From an uncultured Candidatus Rokubacteria bacterium (GTDB taxonomy: Bacteria > Methylomirabilota > Methylomirabilia > Rokubacteriales > CSP1-6): a stretch of DNA of 64,000 nt. This document shows positions 1 through 8,187 of the stretch, in pieces. The position numbers and the translations under genes were made by a program. The notes beneath the pieces were generated by a model that was not told the origin of the DNA, did no database searches, and saw nothing but the letters and a program-made list of their open reading frames with translations. How positions within the stretch are numbered: the stretch's first letter is position 1; the number at the start of each line of letters is the position of its first letter. The stretch lies in assembly GCA_963771355.1 (NCBI GenBank), contig CAVYTA010000007.1, positions 64,001-128,000 of the forward strand, read 5' to 3'.

Positions 1-211
1 GGGCGGCTTCCTTCTTGGTCTTCGCGAACTTCTTCTCACAGTCGGCCTTGGCCGCGTCGTCCTTGGCCATCTTGAGGCAGTCGGCCTTGGTCTCCTTGGC
101 GGCGGCCTTGGGAGCCTCAGCGGGCTTGGCGGCCGGCGCCTGGGCCGCCGCGAAGCCGGCGAGGCCGAGCGAGAACGCGATGCTTACCACCAGCGCGATC
201 ATCTTTTTCAT
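1..211 (-). CDS. small secreted Ala/Lys-rich protein, runs off window start
   Basis: Manual translation MKKMIALVVSIAFSLGLAGFAAAQAPAAKPAEAPKAAAKETKADCLKMAKDDAAKADCEKKF...; signal peptide; GGAGG RBS upstream. Confidence 0.8.
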   Translation of the reverse strand, partial: MKKMIALVVSIAFSLGLAGFAAAQAPAAKPAEAPKAAAKETKADCLKMAKDDAAKADCEKKFAKTKKEAA

Positions 212-360
212 GAGTGTTCACCTCCCTTCCGTCGTAGATAATGGCAACCTATTGGGATGGCAATCGTAACTATGCACTAACAATGCGTTTACCACAAAAC
301 TTATAGTTAGATTTCCCTCTGGAGGTGTCAAGGGCAAACTCGCGGTTCTCCCCGACCCTG

Positions 361-389
361 TTGACCGGATCTTGGCCCCATGCTGTAAT
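361..389 (+). promoter_or_regulatory. sigma70-type promoter for mltD operon
   Basis: TTGACC-N17-TGTAAT with extended TG. Confidence 0.55.
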
Positions 390-408
390 CGAAGAGTAGT
401 CCTTTCCC

Positions 409-1812
409 ATGCAGCCCTCGCTCAATCGGCGACTCGTGGTGCTGCTGCTCCTGATCATCGGCTCCCTGGCCTTCTCGGGCAAGGCGGCCGCGTCGGAGCC
501 ATACCATTTCTCTCTGAAGGACGAGGAGACCGCGCTGCTCCCGGCCGAGCCTTCCGAGCCCTCGGCGGCGGGTACCTACCGTGCGATTGAGGTCGAGCTG
601 GGCTTGGTCCCTCCACCCGTAAAACGGGAGGTTGACGAGGATAGTTCCGTGGTCGAGAGGCCAGGGGACTCCCCGCGGGACCCGGGGGACACGATGGGAG
701 ACTTCCCGCCCACCGTGAGCCTACCCTCGCCGGACGCGCCGTCGGGGCCCGCCATCGTGTCGTTAGGGCGCAAGCGCATGCCTCCTTACGAGATCGATGA
801 CCGCCCCGAGGTTCGCCAGTTCGTGGATCGCTACCAGACCGGCTATCGACGGGCCGTGGTCGAGCGCTGGCTCAGCCGCTCCGGCCGCTACCTTGACATG
901 ATCCGCGAGATCTTCGCGCAGCGCGGCCTGCCGGAAGAGTTGATCTTCACGGCCATGATCGAGAGCGGGTTCGACCCCGTGGCGGCCTCGCGGGCGGGGG
1001 CCCGCGGACTCTGGCAGTTCATGGCGCCCACCGCGCGTCTCTATGGGCTGCGGGTCGACCGCTGGACCGATGAGCGCCTCGATCCCGAAAAGTCCACGCG
1101 CGCGGCGGCGGCCTATCTCAAGGACCTCTTCACGACATACGGGTCCTGGACGCTCGCCCAGGCGGCGTACAACGGAGGGGCCGTCCGCATCAACCGGGCC
1201 ATTCAGAACCTCAAGACCACGGATTTCTGGCAGCTCACGCGCGGGCGTCACCTCGCCGAGGAGACGAAGAACTTCGTCGCCGCCATCCAGGCCGTGGTGG
1301 TCATCGGTCGCGAGCCGGAGCGCTACGGCTTCTCGATAACACCCGAGCCCGCGCTTCGCTACGAGACCATCCGGGTGCCCGAGGGCACCAAGCTTCCGCG
1401 CATCGCCGCCGACTCCGGCATCGACCCCACCGAGCTCAAGCAGCTGAATCCCGAGCTACGCCTGGAGCAGACGCCGCCGAGCGAGCCCTACGCTCTCAAG
1501 GTGCCCCCGGGCGGTGCCGATTTGGTACGCGTGGTGCTCGAGCGCGCGGCGATCCAGCGCCAGGTGGCCGCGGCCCCGCGGCGCGGCGCCGTGGCAGTGG
1601 CCTCGGTACGCCGCGACGCCAACGACGTGCACGTGGTCAAGGCGCAGGATACGGTGGGCGGTATCGCGAAGCGCTACGGAGTGTCGGTGGCCGAGATCCG
1701 GCGCTGGAATCAGCTGTCCGAGCAGGCCAGGATCTTCCCCGGCGACCGGCTCCGGGTGGCCATGGCGCGGACGGTAACGCGGGAAGAGGGTGGCCAGAGC
1801 AGCTTCCGTTGA
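409..1812 (+). CDS. mltD: MltD-like lytic murein transglycosylase with LysM domains
   Basis: SLT motifs IESGF, GLWQFM, AAYNGG, ETKNFV; C-terminal LysM (HVVKAQDTVGGIAKRYGVS); N-terminal hydrophobic segment. Confidence 0.88.
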   Translation: MQPSLNRRLVVLLLLIIGSLAFSGKAAASEPYHFSLKDEETALLPAEPSEPSAAGTYRAIEVELGLVPPPVKREVDEDSSVVERPGDSPRDPGDTMGDFPPTVSLPSPDAPSGPAIVSLGRKRMPPYEIDDRPEVRQFVDRYQTGYRRAVVERWLSRSGRYLDMIREIFAQRGLPEELIFTAMIESGFDPVAASRAGARGLWQFMAPTARLYGLRVDRWTDERLDPEKSTRAAAAYLKDLFTTYGSWTLAQAAYNGGAVRINRAIQNLKTTDFWQLTRGRHLAEETKNFVAAIQAVVVIGREPERYGFSITPEPALRYETIRVPEGTKLPRIAADSGIDPTELKQLNPELRLEQTPPSEPYALKVPPGGADLVRVVLERAAIQRQVAAAPRRGAVAVASVRRDANDVHVVKAQDTVGGIAKRYGVSVAEIRRWNQLSEQARIFPGDRLRVAMARTVTREEGGQSSFR

Positions 1813-2057
1813 AGGTCCGGCTCCGGCTCTTTGCCCACCTCGCTGAGTACCTCCCTCCCGACGCCGATGGCGACGGTGTCACCCTTGAGCTTCCCGAAGA
1901 CGCGCGAGTCTCCGACGTCCTCGCCCGGCTTCGCATCCCCGAGCGCGTCCCCTTCCTCAGCGTCGTGAACGGCCACGAGGTGGAGGATCCGCATCCCCTT
2001 CACGATGGTGACGAGCTGACCATCTTCCCGCCGCTGAGCGGTGGCCGCGCTCGCTAG
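1809..2057 (+). CDS. MoaD/ThiS-family ubiquitin-like sulfur carrier
   Basis: MKVRLRLFAHL...VNG...LHDGDELTIFPPLSGG, followed by RAR; 4-nt overlap with mltD stop. Confidence 0.85.
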   Translation: MKVRLRLFAHLAEYLPPDADGDGVTLELPEDARVSDVLARLRIPERVPFLSVVNGHEVEDPHPLHDGDELTIFPPLSGGRAR

Positions 2058-2067
2058 GAGATCCCGC

Positions 2068-2892
2068 ATGCCCACGGTCCGACTGCGCGACGCCTCCGAG
2101 TATCCCGATCCCGCCCAGAAGCTCTTCGAGCTGTCGAAGAGCTGGTTTAACCACGACTTCAAGCACCCGCCCGCGATGAGCCGCGTCATGGCCTGGGATC
2201 CCGAGTTCGGTGGCCCGCATGGACGCGCGATGAAGCGAGCCATGGCGCCGGGGGAGTGGAGCCGCGGTGAGAAGGAGATGGTGGCGGCGGTCGTCAGCGG
2301 GGTCAATGCCTGCGCCTACTGAACGCTGGCGCATACTGCAGCCGGGAAGCTGCAGGGGATGGAGGGTGATCACCTCTGGTACGAGGCCGCCCACGTGGTC
2401 GGGATCACCAATGCGCTGAACGTGGCCGCGGATGGTCTGGCCGCGCTGCCCACGGTGACGGCGCTGCTGCCTCCGGTGGCGGAGGCGCAGGCGGGCGACA
2501 CGGCGGGGGATCTATTCGCCGAAATCCGCGCCTTCTACGCTCGCGGGGACGTGCCGCCGGTTTTCCGACTGCTCGCCCGCGACCCGGCCTATGCTGCCGA
2601 CGTGTGGGCGGCGACGCGCCGGGCCTTCGGGGACAATCGGCTCGCCCGGCGGTTCAAGGAGGCGCTGGCTTTCGCTGTCTCCCTGACCTCGCGCTCCGAA
2701 TGGGGCACGGGCTTTCACCTGGCGGAGATGAAGCGGCTGGGGGTGGGGGACGGCGGGGTGATGGAAGTGATCGGCGTCACGCAGATGTTCTCGAGCTATA
2801 CCAAGATCGCCGACACGCTCCAGCTCGAACCCGACATGGGCGACATCGCCCCGGTGGACGATTCACCCGCGCCCGGAGGGGCCCCGCGCTAG
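2068..2892 (+). CDS. AhpD/carboxymuconolactone-decarboxylase-like selenoprotein (Sec at TGA 2320-2322), two tandem CMD-like domains
   Basis: AGGAG RBS + ATG 2068; EKEMVAAVVSGVNAC-A-Y-TGA-TLAH continues in frame into ORF 2359-2892; the TGA sits at the second Cys of the AhpD CxxC...H motif. Confidence 0.85.
2336..2355 (+). promoter_or_regulatory. bacterial SECIS-like hairpin
   Basis: CTGCAGC-CGGGAA-GCTGCAG perfect 7-bp stem; loop starts 20 nt after UGA with G at loop position 2. Confidence 0.7.
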
Positions 2893-3209
2893 ACGAGCGG
2901 CGGCCCGACGGGGATTCGCGGGAGGATCGAGTTCGGCAGCGTGACGTGCTCGACGCAGTACAGGCAGAAGAAGTCGATCTCCAGCCCTGCGCGCGTTCCG
3001 TGGAACTCCAGCGGCTGGCCGCACCACGCATGGTGCAGCTCGCCGTCAGTGTGGAAGTACACGGTCACGATCGGCGGGTTCCCGGGCGGATTCCCGTCCT
3101 GTCCTCGCGGCGTGCGGCGCGTCCCGGGACGGCCACGGCGGCGCGGGGTAGCATCATCACGGCGGCTGGGCGCCGAGGATTCCTGCGTGGTGATCGGGGC
3201 GACTGCCAT
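2889..3209 (-). CDS. small putative zinc-ribbon protein (HxxC...CxxC), paralog of 5022-5282
   Basis: HAWCGQPLEFHGTRAGLEIDFFCLYCVEHVTLP; GGAGG RBS. Confidence 0.75.
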   Translation of the reverse strand: MAVAPITTQESSAPSRRDDATPRRRGRPGTRRTPRGQDGNPPGNPPIVTVYFHTDGELHHAWCGQPLEFHGTRAGLEIDFFCLYCVEHVTLPNSILPRIPVGPPLV

Positions 3210-3330
3210 GGCTCTCTTCCTCCCTCATCCTCTTCGATGTGTCACTTGGCCGAACCCTGCCCGGTCTGAACGAGGGAGAGAGCAAGAGGCGTTCCAGACC
3301 TGACACGCAGCATAAACATAGGATTCTAAA

Positions 3331-3367
3331 GGCTGACATATTCTCAGCCCGGCCTCAAGGGTGTCAA
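3331..3367 (-). promoter_or_regulatory. putative promoter with overlapping palindromic operator
   Basis: TTGACA (3367-3362)-N16-GAGAAT; inverted repeat GGCTGA-N7-TCAGCC at 3331-3349. Confidence 0.35.
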
Positions 3368-3648
3368 AACTCAAGACAAACTGCGAAGGCCGGAGGCGCG
3401 GGTGACGCTTTTTGTAGGGACGAGGGTGCTGGGATACTGCCCTGCCCTCTCCCGGAGAGAACTCCGCCGCGCACGCAGTCTCGCGCGTTGCGCCCCCAGC
3501 AGTACCGGGGTCTCGTCGTCCAACTACTCCCCCAGGTTCCGTCACCCCACTCCGGTCGTGAATCGGGGGAAAGAGTGGCTATACTGAGCCGCAGGGGAAT
3601 GGCGCCGACCCCGGAACCGGTGTCACGGTCAACACAAGGAGATACCCC

Positions 3649-4608
3649 ATGAAGCGAGCGATGGCACTGTTGGTCCTGGCGGTCCTTCTGCTCATCCCCG
3701 CCCTGTGGGCGGCCGATGCGTGGGCGCGAGCGGGAGGCGGAAGCTCGAGCGGTAGCCGCGGCTCGCGGAGCTATTCCGCGCCGGCTTCACCCAGCACTTC
3801 ACCCTCGAGCCGGCCAAGCACACCGGCGTCGAGCTATCAGCAGCCGGCGCCGCAGCGCTCCGGTTGGGGCGCGGGTCTCGGGGGGATGCTCGGCGGCCTC
3901 GTCCTCGGTGGCTTGATCGGAAGCCTTCTCTTCGGCGGCATGGGCCACCTGGGGGGCGGCGGCATCGGCCTCCTCGAGATCGCCATAGTCGGCGCGCTGG
4001 TCTACTTCGGCTTTTCCTATATGCGCCGCCGCCAGCAAGCCGTCGCCGCCGGCCCCGCCGGCTACGCTGATCCCCAGTCGGCCCCGCCGTCATGGAAACC
4101 CGAGCCAACCTCACGGAGCGCCGCCGTGCTGGACGCGCCCGGCGCCGGCGCGGTGGACACGGATCTCACGCGCGGCATCGCCCATATCCGCCAGATGGAC
4201 CCCGGCTTCGACCCCGCTCGGTTCGGTGAGATGGCGTCGGACGTCTTCTTCCGGCTGCAGGGCGCGTGGATGACCCGCGACATGGGTGGAATGCGGGGGG
4301 CGCTCACCGAGGAGATGTACAAGACGCTGCAAGCCCAGTGTGACCAGCTTCGCGCGGAGCGCCGGGTGAACCGCCTCGAGAACATCGCGGTACGCTCGGT
4401 GGAGCCGACGGAGACGTGGCAGGAAGAGGGACGCGACTTCGTCACCGTCCGCTTTCTCGCCAACCTGCTCGACTACACGACGGATGAGAGCGGCACCCAG
4501 CTCGTGGACGGGAACCGGACGGAACCGGTGAAGTTCGAGGAGTTCTGGACCTTCACGCGCCCGGTGGGTCCCGGCGCGTGGCGTCTCTCGGCGATACAGC
4601 AGGCCTGA
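3649..4608 (+). CDS. Tim44 domain-containing membrane protein
   Basis: Signal + RAGGGSSSGSRGSRS, Gly-rich TM segments, C-terminal Tim44-like domain (DPGFD...FEEFWTFTR...WRLSAIQQ). Confidence 0.9.
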   Translation: MKRAMALLVLAVLLLIPALWAADAWARAGGGSSSGSRGSRSYSAPASPSTSPSSRPSTPASSYQQPAPQRSGWGAGLGGMLGGLVLGGLIGSLLFGGMGHLGGGGIGLLEIAIVGALVYFGFSYMRRRQQAVAAGPAGYADPQSAPPSWKPEPTSRSAAVLDAPGAGAVDTDLTRGIAHIRQMDPGFDPARFGEMASDVFFRLQGAWMTRDMGGMRGALTEEMYKTLQAQCDQLRAERRVNRLENIAVRSVEPTETWQEEGRDFVTVRFLANLLDYTTDESGTQLVDGNRTEPVKFEEFWTFTRPVGPGAWRLSAIQQA

Positions 4609-4615
4609 TCGGTGC

Positions 4616-4642
4616 GCCCGGGCTCGGCCGCCGAGCCCGGGC
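4616..4642. terminator. GC hairpin between convergent genes
   Basis: GCCCGGGCTCGG-CCG-CCGAGCCCGGGC perfect 12-bp inverted repeat; no U-tract. Confidence 0.5.
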
Positions 4643-4663
4643 CCATCGACGCTGGATTGTCGC

Positions 4664-4795
4664 TCAGCGCTCGATGAGCTTCATGGTCCCGCCGCACGAG
4701 CGGCAGCGGGGCAGAACGGCCAGCGAGCTGCTGCGAGTGCGCCCGCAACAGATATAGGTCCTCGGCGCGGGGGCCGCGCTCGGCGGCGGGGTCAT
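4664..4795 (-). CDS. 43-aa Cys-rich zinc-ribbon-like protein (not in ORF track)
   Basis: MTPPPSAAPAPRTYICCGRTRSSSLAVLPRCRSCGGTMKLIER; ATGA overlap with upstream stop. Confidence 0.6.
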   Translation of the reverse strand: MTPPPSAAPAPRTYICCGRTRSSSLAVLPRCRSCGGTMKLIER

Positions 4796-5001
4796 TGCCA
4801 GGGCCTCCCCTCACAGATCGGGCAGGCCTCGACCTCGCGCTGACACAGGCACTGCGGGCAATACCAGGACTCGTTCACCGCGCGGAGCTCGCTTCCACAG
4901 GGCTCGCAGCGGGCTCGCTCACGCGGCGGCGTCTGGTGGAAGATGCAGTGGGCGATCATGTGGATGGCCCCTGCGTGCCGGACTTGCTCGAGCACCGCCA
5001 T
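4792..5001 (-). CDS. 69-aa multi-CxxC zinc-finger-like protein
   Basis: CIFH, CEPC, CPQC, CPIC motifs; AAGGGAG RBS. Confidence 0.7.
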   Translation of the reverse strand: MAVLEQVRHAGAIHMIAHCIFHQTPPRERARCEPCGSELRAVNESWYCPQCLCQREVEACPICEGRPWQ

Positions 5002-5021
5002 GACTGGTCTCCCTTACCCGC

Positions 5022-5282
5022 TCAGTCCGCCCCGGCGATGGCGAAGCGCGGGGACCAGGATCCAGGCGCGTGCACACCCATCTCCAGGCTGGGCAGCCGG
5101 CGAAGCGGAAGCGATACGTGCTCCTGGCAGTCGAGGCAGAAGAAGTCCACCGCGACACTGCCGCGCGTGCCGTGGAACTCGAGCGGCTGCCCGCAGCGGG
5201 CATGCGAGATGGTCCCGTCGGAACCCATGGAGGCGGCGGCCTCCTGCTTGAGGCTGCCCGTTTCCGTGGCGCAAGTCGTCAT
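5022..5282 (-). CDS. small putative zinc-ribbon protein, paralog of 2889-3209
   Basis: HARCGQPLEFHGTRGSVAVDFFCLDCQEHVSLP; purine-rich RBS. Confidence 0.75.
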   Translation of the reverse strand: MTTCATETGSLKQEAAASMGSDGTISHARCGQPLEFHGTRGSVAVDFFCLDCQEHVSLPLRRLPSLEMGVHAPGSWSPRFAIAGAD

Positions 5283-5492
5283 GTCAGTGGCCCCCTCTCT
5301 CCTGTCCTTGGAACATTAGGGGAGCAAGATCCGTTCCACCGGAGCGGCGGTGGACCTTTGTCGATCTATTCGATACTTGGCGAGGGGCGCCGGCCGGGGT
5401 GGGTGACGACCTTGGTAGAAGAGACTCCCTTTCCGACGATTCTTTGCAGGGTGGTCCTTTCGTCCTTCGCCCCGATCTGCTACAACCGGGCG

Positions 5493-6254
5493 ATGCGAAA
5501 GGCCATCTTCATCGCGGCGGGCCGCGGCCGGCGGCTGATGCCGCTGACCGAGGACGTGCCCAAGTGCTACGCGGAGATCGGTGGGCGCCGCATCCTGGAC
5601 TGGTGTGTCGCGGCGCTCCGGAGCGCCGGGCTCGACGACATCGTCTTCGTGGGCGGCTACCGAATCGAGCGGGTCCGCGCCGACTACCCCGGCTTTCGGT
5701 TCTGCGACAACGCGGCGTGGGAATCGAACAATATCCTGAGCTCGCTCTTCTGCGCCGAGCATGAGATGGCGGACGGCTTCGTCTCCTCGTATGCGGACAT
5801 CCTCTATACTCCCGCCGCGGTGCAACGCCTGCTGGCGAGCCCGGGCGACATCGCGCTGCTCGTGGATACCGACTGGCGCCGGCGCTATCAACCCCGCACC
5901 GAGCACCCCGAGACCGACGGGGAGAAGGTACGGCTGCGCGATGGCCACGTAGTGGAGGTCAACCGCGCCATTCCGCCCGCCGAGGCGCCCGCGGAGTTCA
6001 CCGGGGTGGCCAAGTTCACGCCGCTGGGCGCCCGGCTCCTCACCGAGCACTATCACCGGGCGCGCCGGCGGCACGACGGCGGCCCCTACCGGGGAGCGCC
6101 CACCTTCGAGAAGGCGTACCTGATCCATCTCCTCCAGGACATGCTGGAGGCCGGGGTCGTGATGCGCGCGGTGGAGACGCACGGTGGCTACTTCGAGATC
6201 GATACCACCCAGGACCATGGGCTCGCCGAGCGCGGCTGGAGCGCGTCGGCATGA
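5493..6254 (+). CDS. nucleotidyltransferase (phosphocholine cytidylyltransferase/LicC-like)
   Basis: MRKAIFIAAGRGRRLMPLT..PKC, YADILY, EIDT motifs. Confidence 0.85.
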   Translation: MRKAIFIAAGRGRRLMPLTEDVPKCYAEIGGRRILDWCVAALRSAGLDDIVFVGGYRIERVRADYPGFRFCDNAAWESNNILSSLFCAEHEMADGFVSSYADILYTPAAVQRLLASPGDIALLVDTDWRRRYQPRTEHPETDGEKVRLRDGHVVEVNRAIPPAEAPAEFTGVAKFTPLGARLLTEHYHRARRRHDGGPYRGAPTFEKAYLIHLLQDMLEAGVVMRAVETHGGYFEIDTTQDHGLAERGWSASA

Positions 6255-7309
6255 CCACCGCTCGGCTGCCGCGCTTCGCCGCCTCGGTGGTGGGCAGCAT
6301 GCCCCGCTCGCAGCTCGTCCGCGATCTCCTCGAGGAGCCGGAGGAAGCGCCCGACCGCGCGGCCGCCATGGATGCCGCGGTGGCCTATGTGCTTGCCCTT
6401 CAAGAGGCGGCCGGTCTGGACGTGGTTTCCGACGGTGAGTGGCGCCGGCGCTCGTACATCGGGGTGATCGCCGAGATCATGCACGGCTTCACGCGCGAGA
6501 CGCGTGACGGTCTTTCCTGGCATACGGTGGTGGCGCCCATGACGCCCCGCCGGCCCGGACTCCTCGGCGAGGAGGCGCGCTTCCTGGTAGCTCGGGCGCG
6601 ACGCGCCACCAAGGTGGCCCTGCCCTCACCCTATCTCCTCGGCCAGCGGATGTGGGATCCGGCGCGGTCGCGAGAGGCGTATCCCACCCGCGAGGCCTTC
6701 ATGTGCGCGCTGGTCCCCGTGCTGCGCGCCGAGCTCCTTGCCGTCCGCGCCGCGGGAGTGGCGGTGGCCCAGTTCGACGACCCGCACCTCTGTCTCCTCG
6801 CCGACCCGAGGGTGCGTGCCGAGCACGAGGATCCCGACGCGGAGGCGGCGCTGTGCGTGGATCTCCTCAACGAGATCACCGACGGGGTGGACGGGATCCA
6901 GACCGCGGTGCACCTGTGTCGTCGCAACAAGGGCCGGGGCGGGTGGATCGGGGAGGGCGGCTACGATCCCATCGTCCCCGCGCTGCGGCGGCTGCGCGTG
7001 GACCAGTACGTGCTCGAGTTCACCATTCCGGTGGCGGGCGACTTCGCCGTGCTGCGCCGGCTGCCCGACGACCGTCAGATCGGGCTGGGCTGCGTGGACT
7101 GCCGCGGCGCCCAGGTGGACGGGCCGGCCGCCATCGTGGGCCGTGTGGAAGAGGCCCTCCGGCACGTGGATGCCGCGCGCGTGTCGCTGAACCCCGACTG
7201 CGGCTTCGCGCCGGGCAGCGCGGCCGACATCCCCGTGGATGAGGCCTACGCCAAGCTCCGGAACGAGGCCCTCGCCGCGCGTATCCTCCGCGACCGTCAT
7301 CCCGGCTAG
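6251..7309 (+). CDS. cobalamin-independent methionine synthase II family protein (catalytic domain only)
   Basis: VVGSMPR, VSDGEWRR, HLCRRN, LEF, NPDCGF Zn ligands. Confidence 0.85.
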   Translation: MTTARLPRFAASVVGSMPRSQLVRDLLEEPEEAPDRAAAMDAAVAYVLALQEAAGLDVVSDGEWRRRSYIGVIAEIMHGFTRETRDGLSWHTVVAPMTPRRPGLLGEEARFLVARARRATKVALPSPYLLGQRMWDPARSREAYPTREAFMCALVPVLRAELLAVRAAGVAVAQFDDPHLCLLADPRVRAEHEDPDAEAALCVDLLNEITDGVDGIQTAVHLCRRNKGRGGWIGEGGYDPIVPALRRLRVDQYVLEFTIPVAGDFAVLRRLPDDRQIGLGCVDCRGAQVDGPAAIVGRVEEALRHVDAARVSLNPDCGFAPGSAADIPVDEAYAKLRNEALAARILRDRHPG

Positions 7310-7328
7310 ACCGACCAGGAGAGGACGA

Positions 7329-8099
7329 ATGACCGACCACGCGCGTCTCACCGATTGTCCCGACGGCGGGTACCGGTTTCTTCCCGGTATCGAGCCCTAC
7401 TCGTCCGGCGTGGTCGCCATGCCGGGGCACGAGATCGTGCATGCGACCCTGCAGGCGGCGCTGCCCTATCGTGAGGGCTTCGCGCTGATCGAGCGCCACC
7501 TCGCCGGGATCGGGCGGGCGCGGGCGGCGCTGTGCGCTATCGAGCTGCGTATCCCGGCCCCGCTGTCCTTCGACGGGTTCGGCGCGTTCAACCGGGACTA
7601 CCGGGCCCTCCTCACTGACTGGAAGCTCCTCGTCGCGGGCGTCAATCCCATCGCGCGGACCAATGTGGCGCCGGTGGTGCGCCCGCCCACCGAGCCCGTG
7701 CTCCACGCGTTCTCCTACACCCGTCGCGGCGACCGCCCGGGGACGCCGACCTTCGTCAACGCGGGCTCGGGCGAGCTGCGCAAGGGCGCGATGTCCGCCG
7801 AGGGAATTGTCCGGCGCGGCGAGACCTCACCCGCGGCGATGGCCGAGAAGGCGGCGCACGTGATGGGCGAGCAGGCGGCGCGGCTGGCCGGGCTCGGCGT
7901 CGACTGGTCCGACGTCACCGCGGTGGACGTCTACTGCCCGCACCCGCTCCACGGCTTTCTCGCCGCAGGCGTTCTCGGCCCGATGGGGCCCGCGGCCGCT
8001 CACGGCGTCCACTGGTTCCTCAGCCATCCGCCCATCGCGGGCCTCGAGTACGAGATGGACATGCGGGGCGTCCGCGACGAGATCCGGATCAACCGCTGA
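7329..8099 (+). CDS. CnbZ-like (2-amino-5-chloromuconate deaminase family, RidA-like) protein
   Basis: GGYRFLPGIEPYSSGV, LCAIELR, NPIARTNVAP, PPIAGLEYEMDMRGV; AGGAGAGG RBS. Confidence 0.7.
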   Translation: MTDHARLTDCPDGGYRFLPGIEPYSSGVVAMPGHEIVHATLQAALPYREGFALIERHLAGIGRARAALCAIELRIPAPLSFDGFGAFNRDYRALLTDWKLLVAGVNPIARTNVAPVVRPPTEPVLHAFSYTRRGDRPGTPTFVNAGSGELRKGAMSAEGIVRRGETSPAAMAEKAAHVMGEQAARLAGLGVDWSDVTAVDVYCPHPLHGFLAAGVLGPMGPAAAHGVHWFLSHPPIAGLEYEMDMRGVRDEIRINR

Positions 8100-8187
8100 C
8101 CATGCTCGAGACCGGGAACATCCTCGAGCACCGGACGGGCTGCCGCCCATCGCGGACAAGGCGCCGAACGCGAACGGGATGCTCTAG

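Noticed and set aside
3507..3533. Minus-strand GGGGAGTAG...GAGACCCC resembling the yybP-ykoY riboswitch ends
   Set aside because: Only 10 nt lie between the motifs, so the rest of the aptamer is missing; no Mn-related gene follows.
4792..4794. Other TGA stops in the Cys-rich mini-genes as possible Sec codons
   Set aside because: Not in a redox-motif position, and this one overlaps the next gene's ATG.
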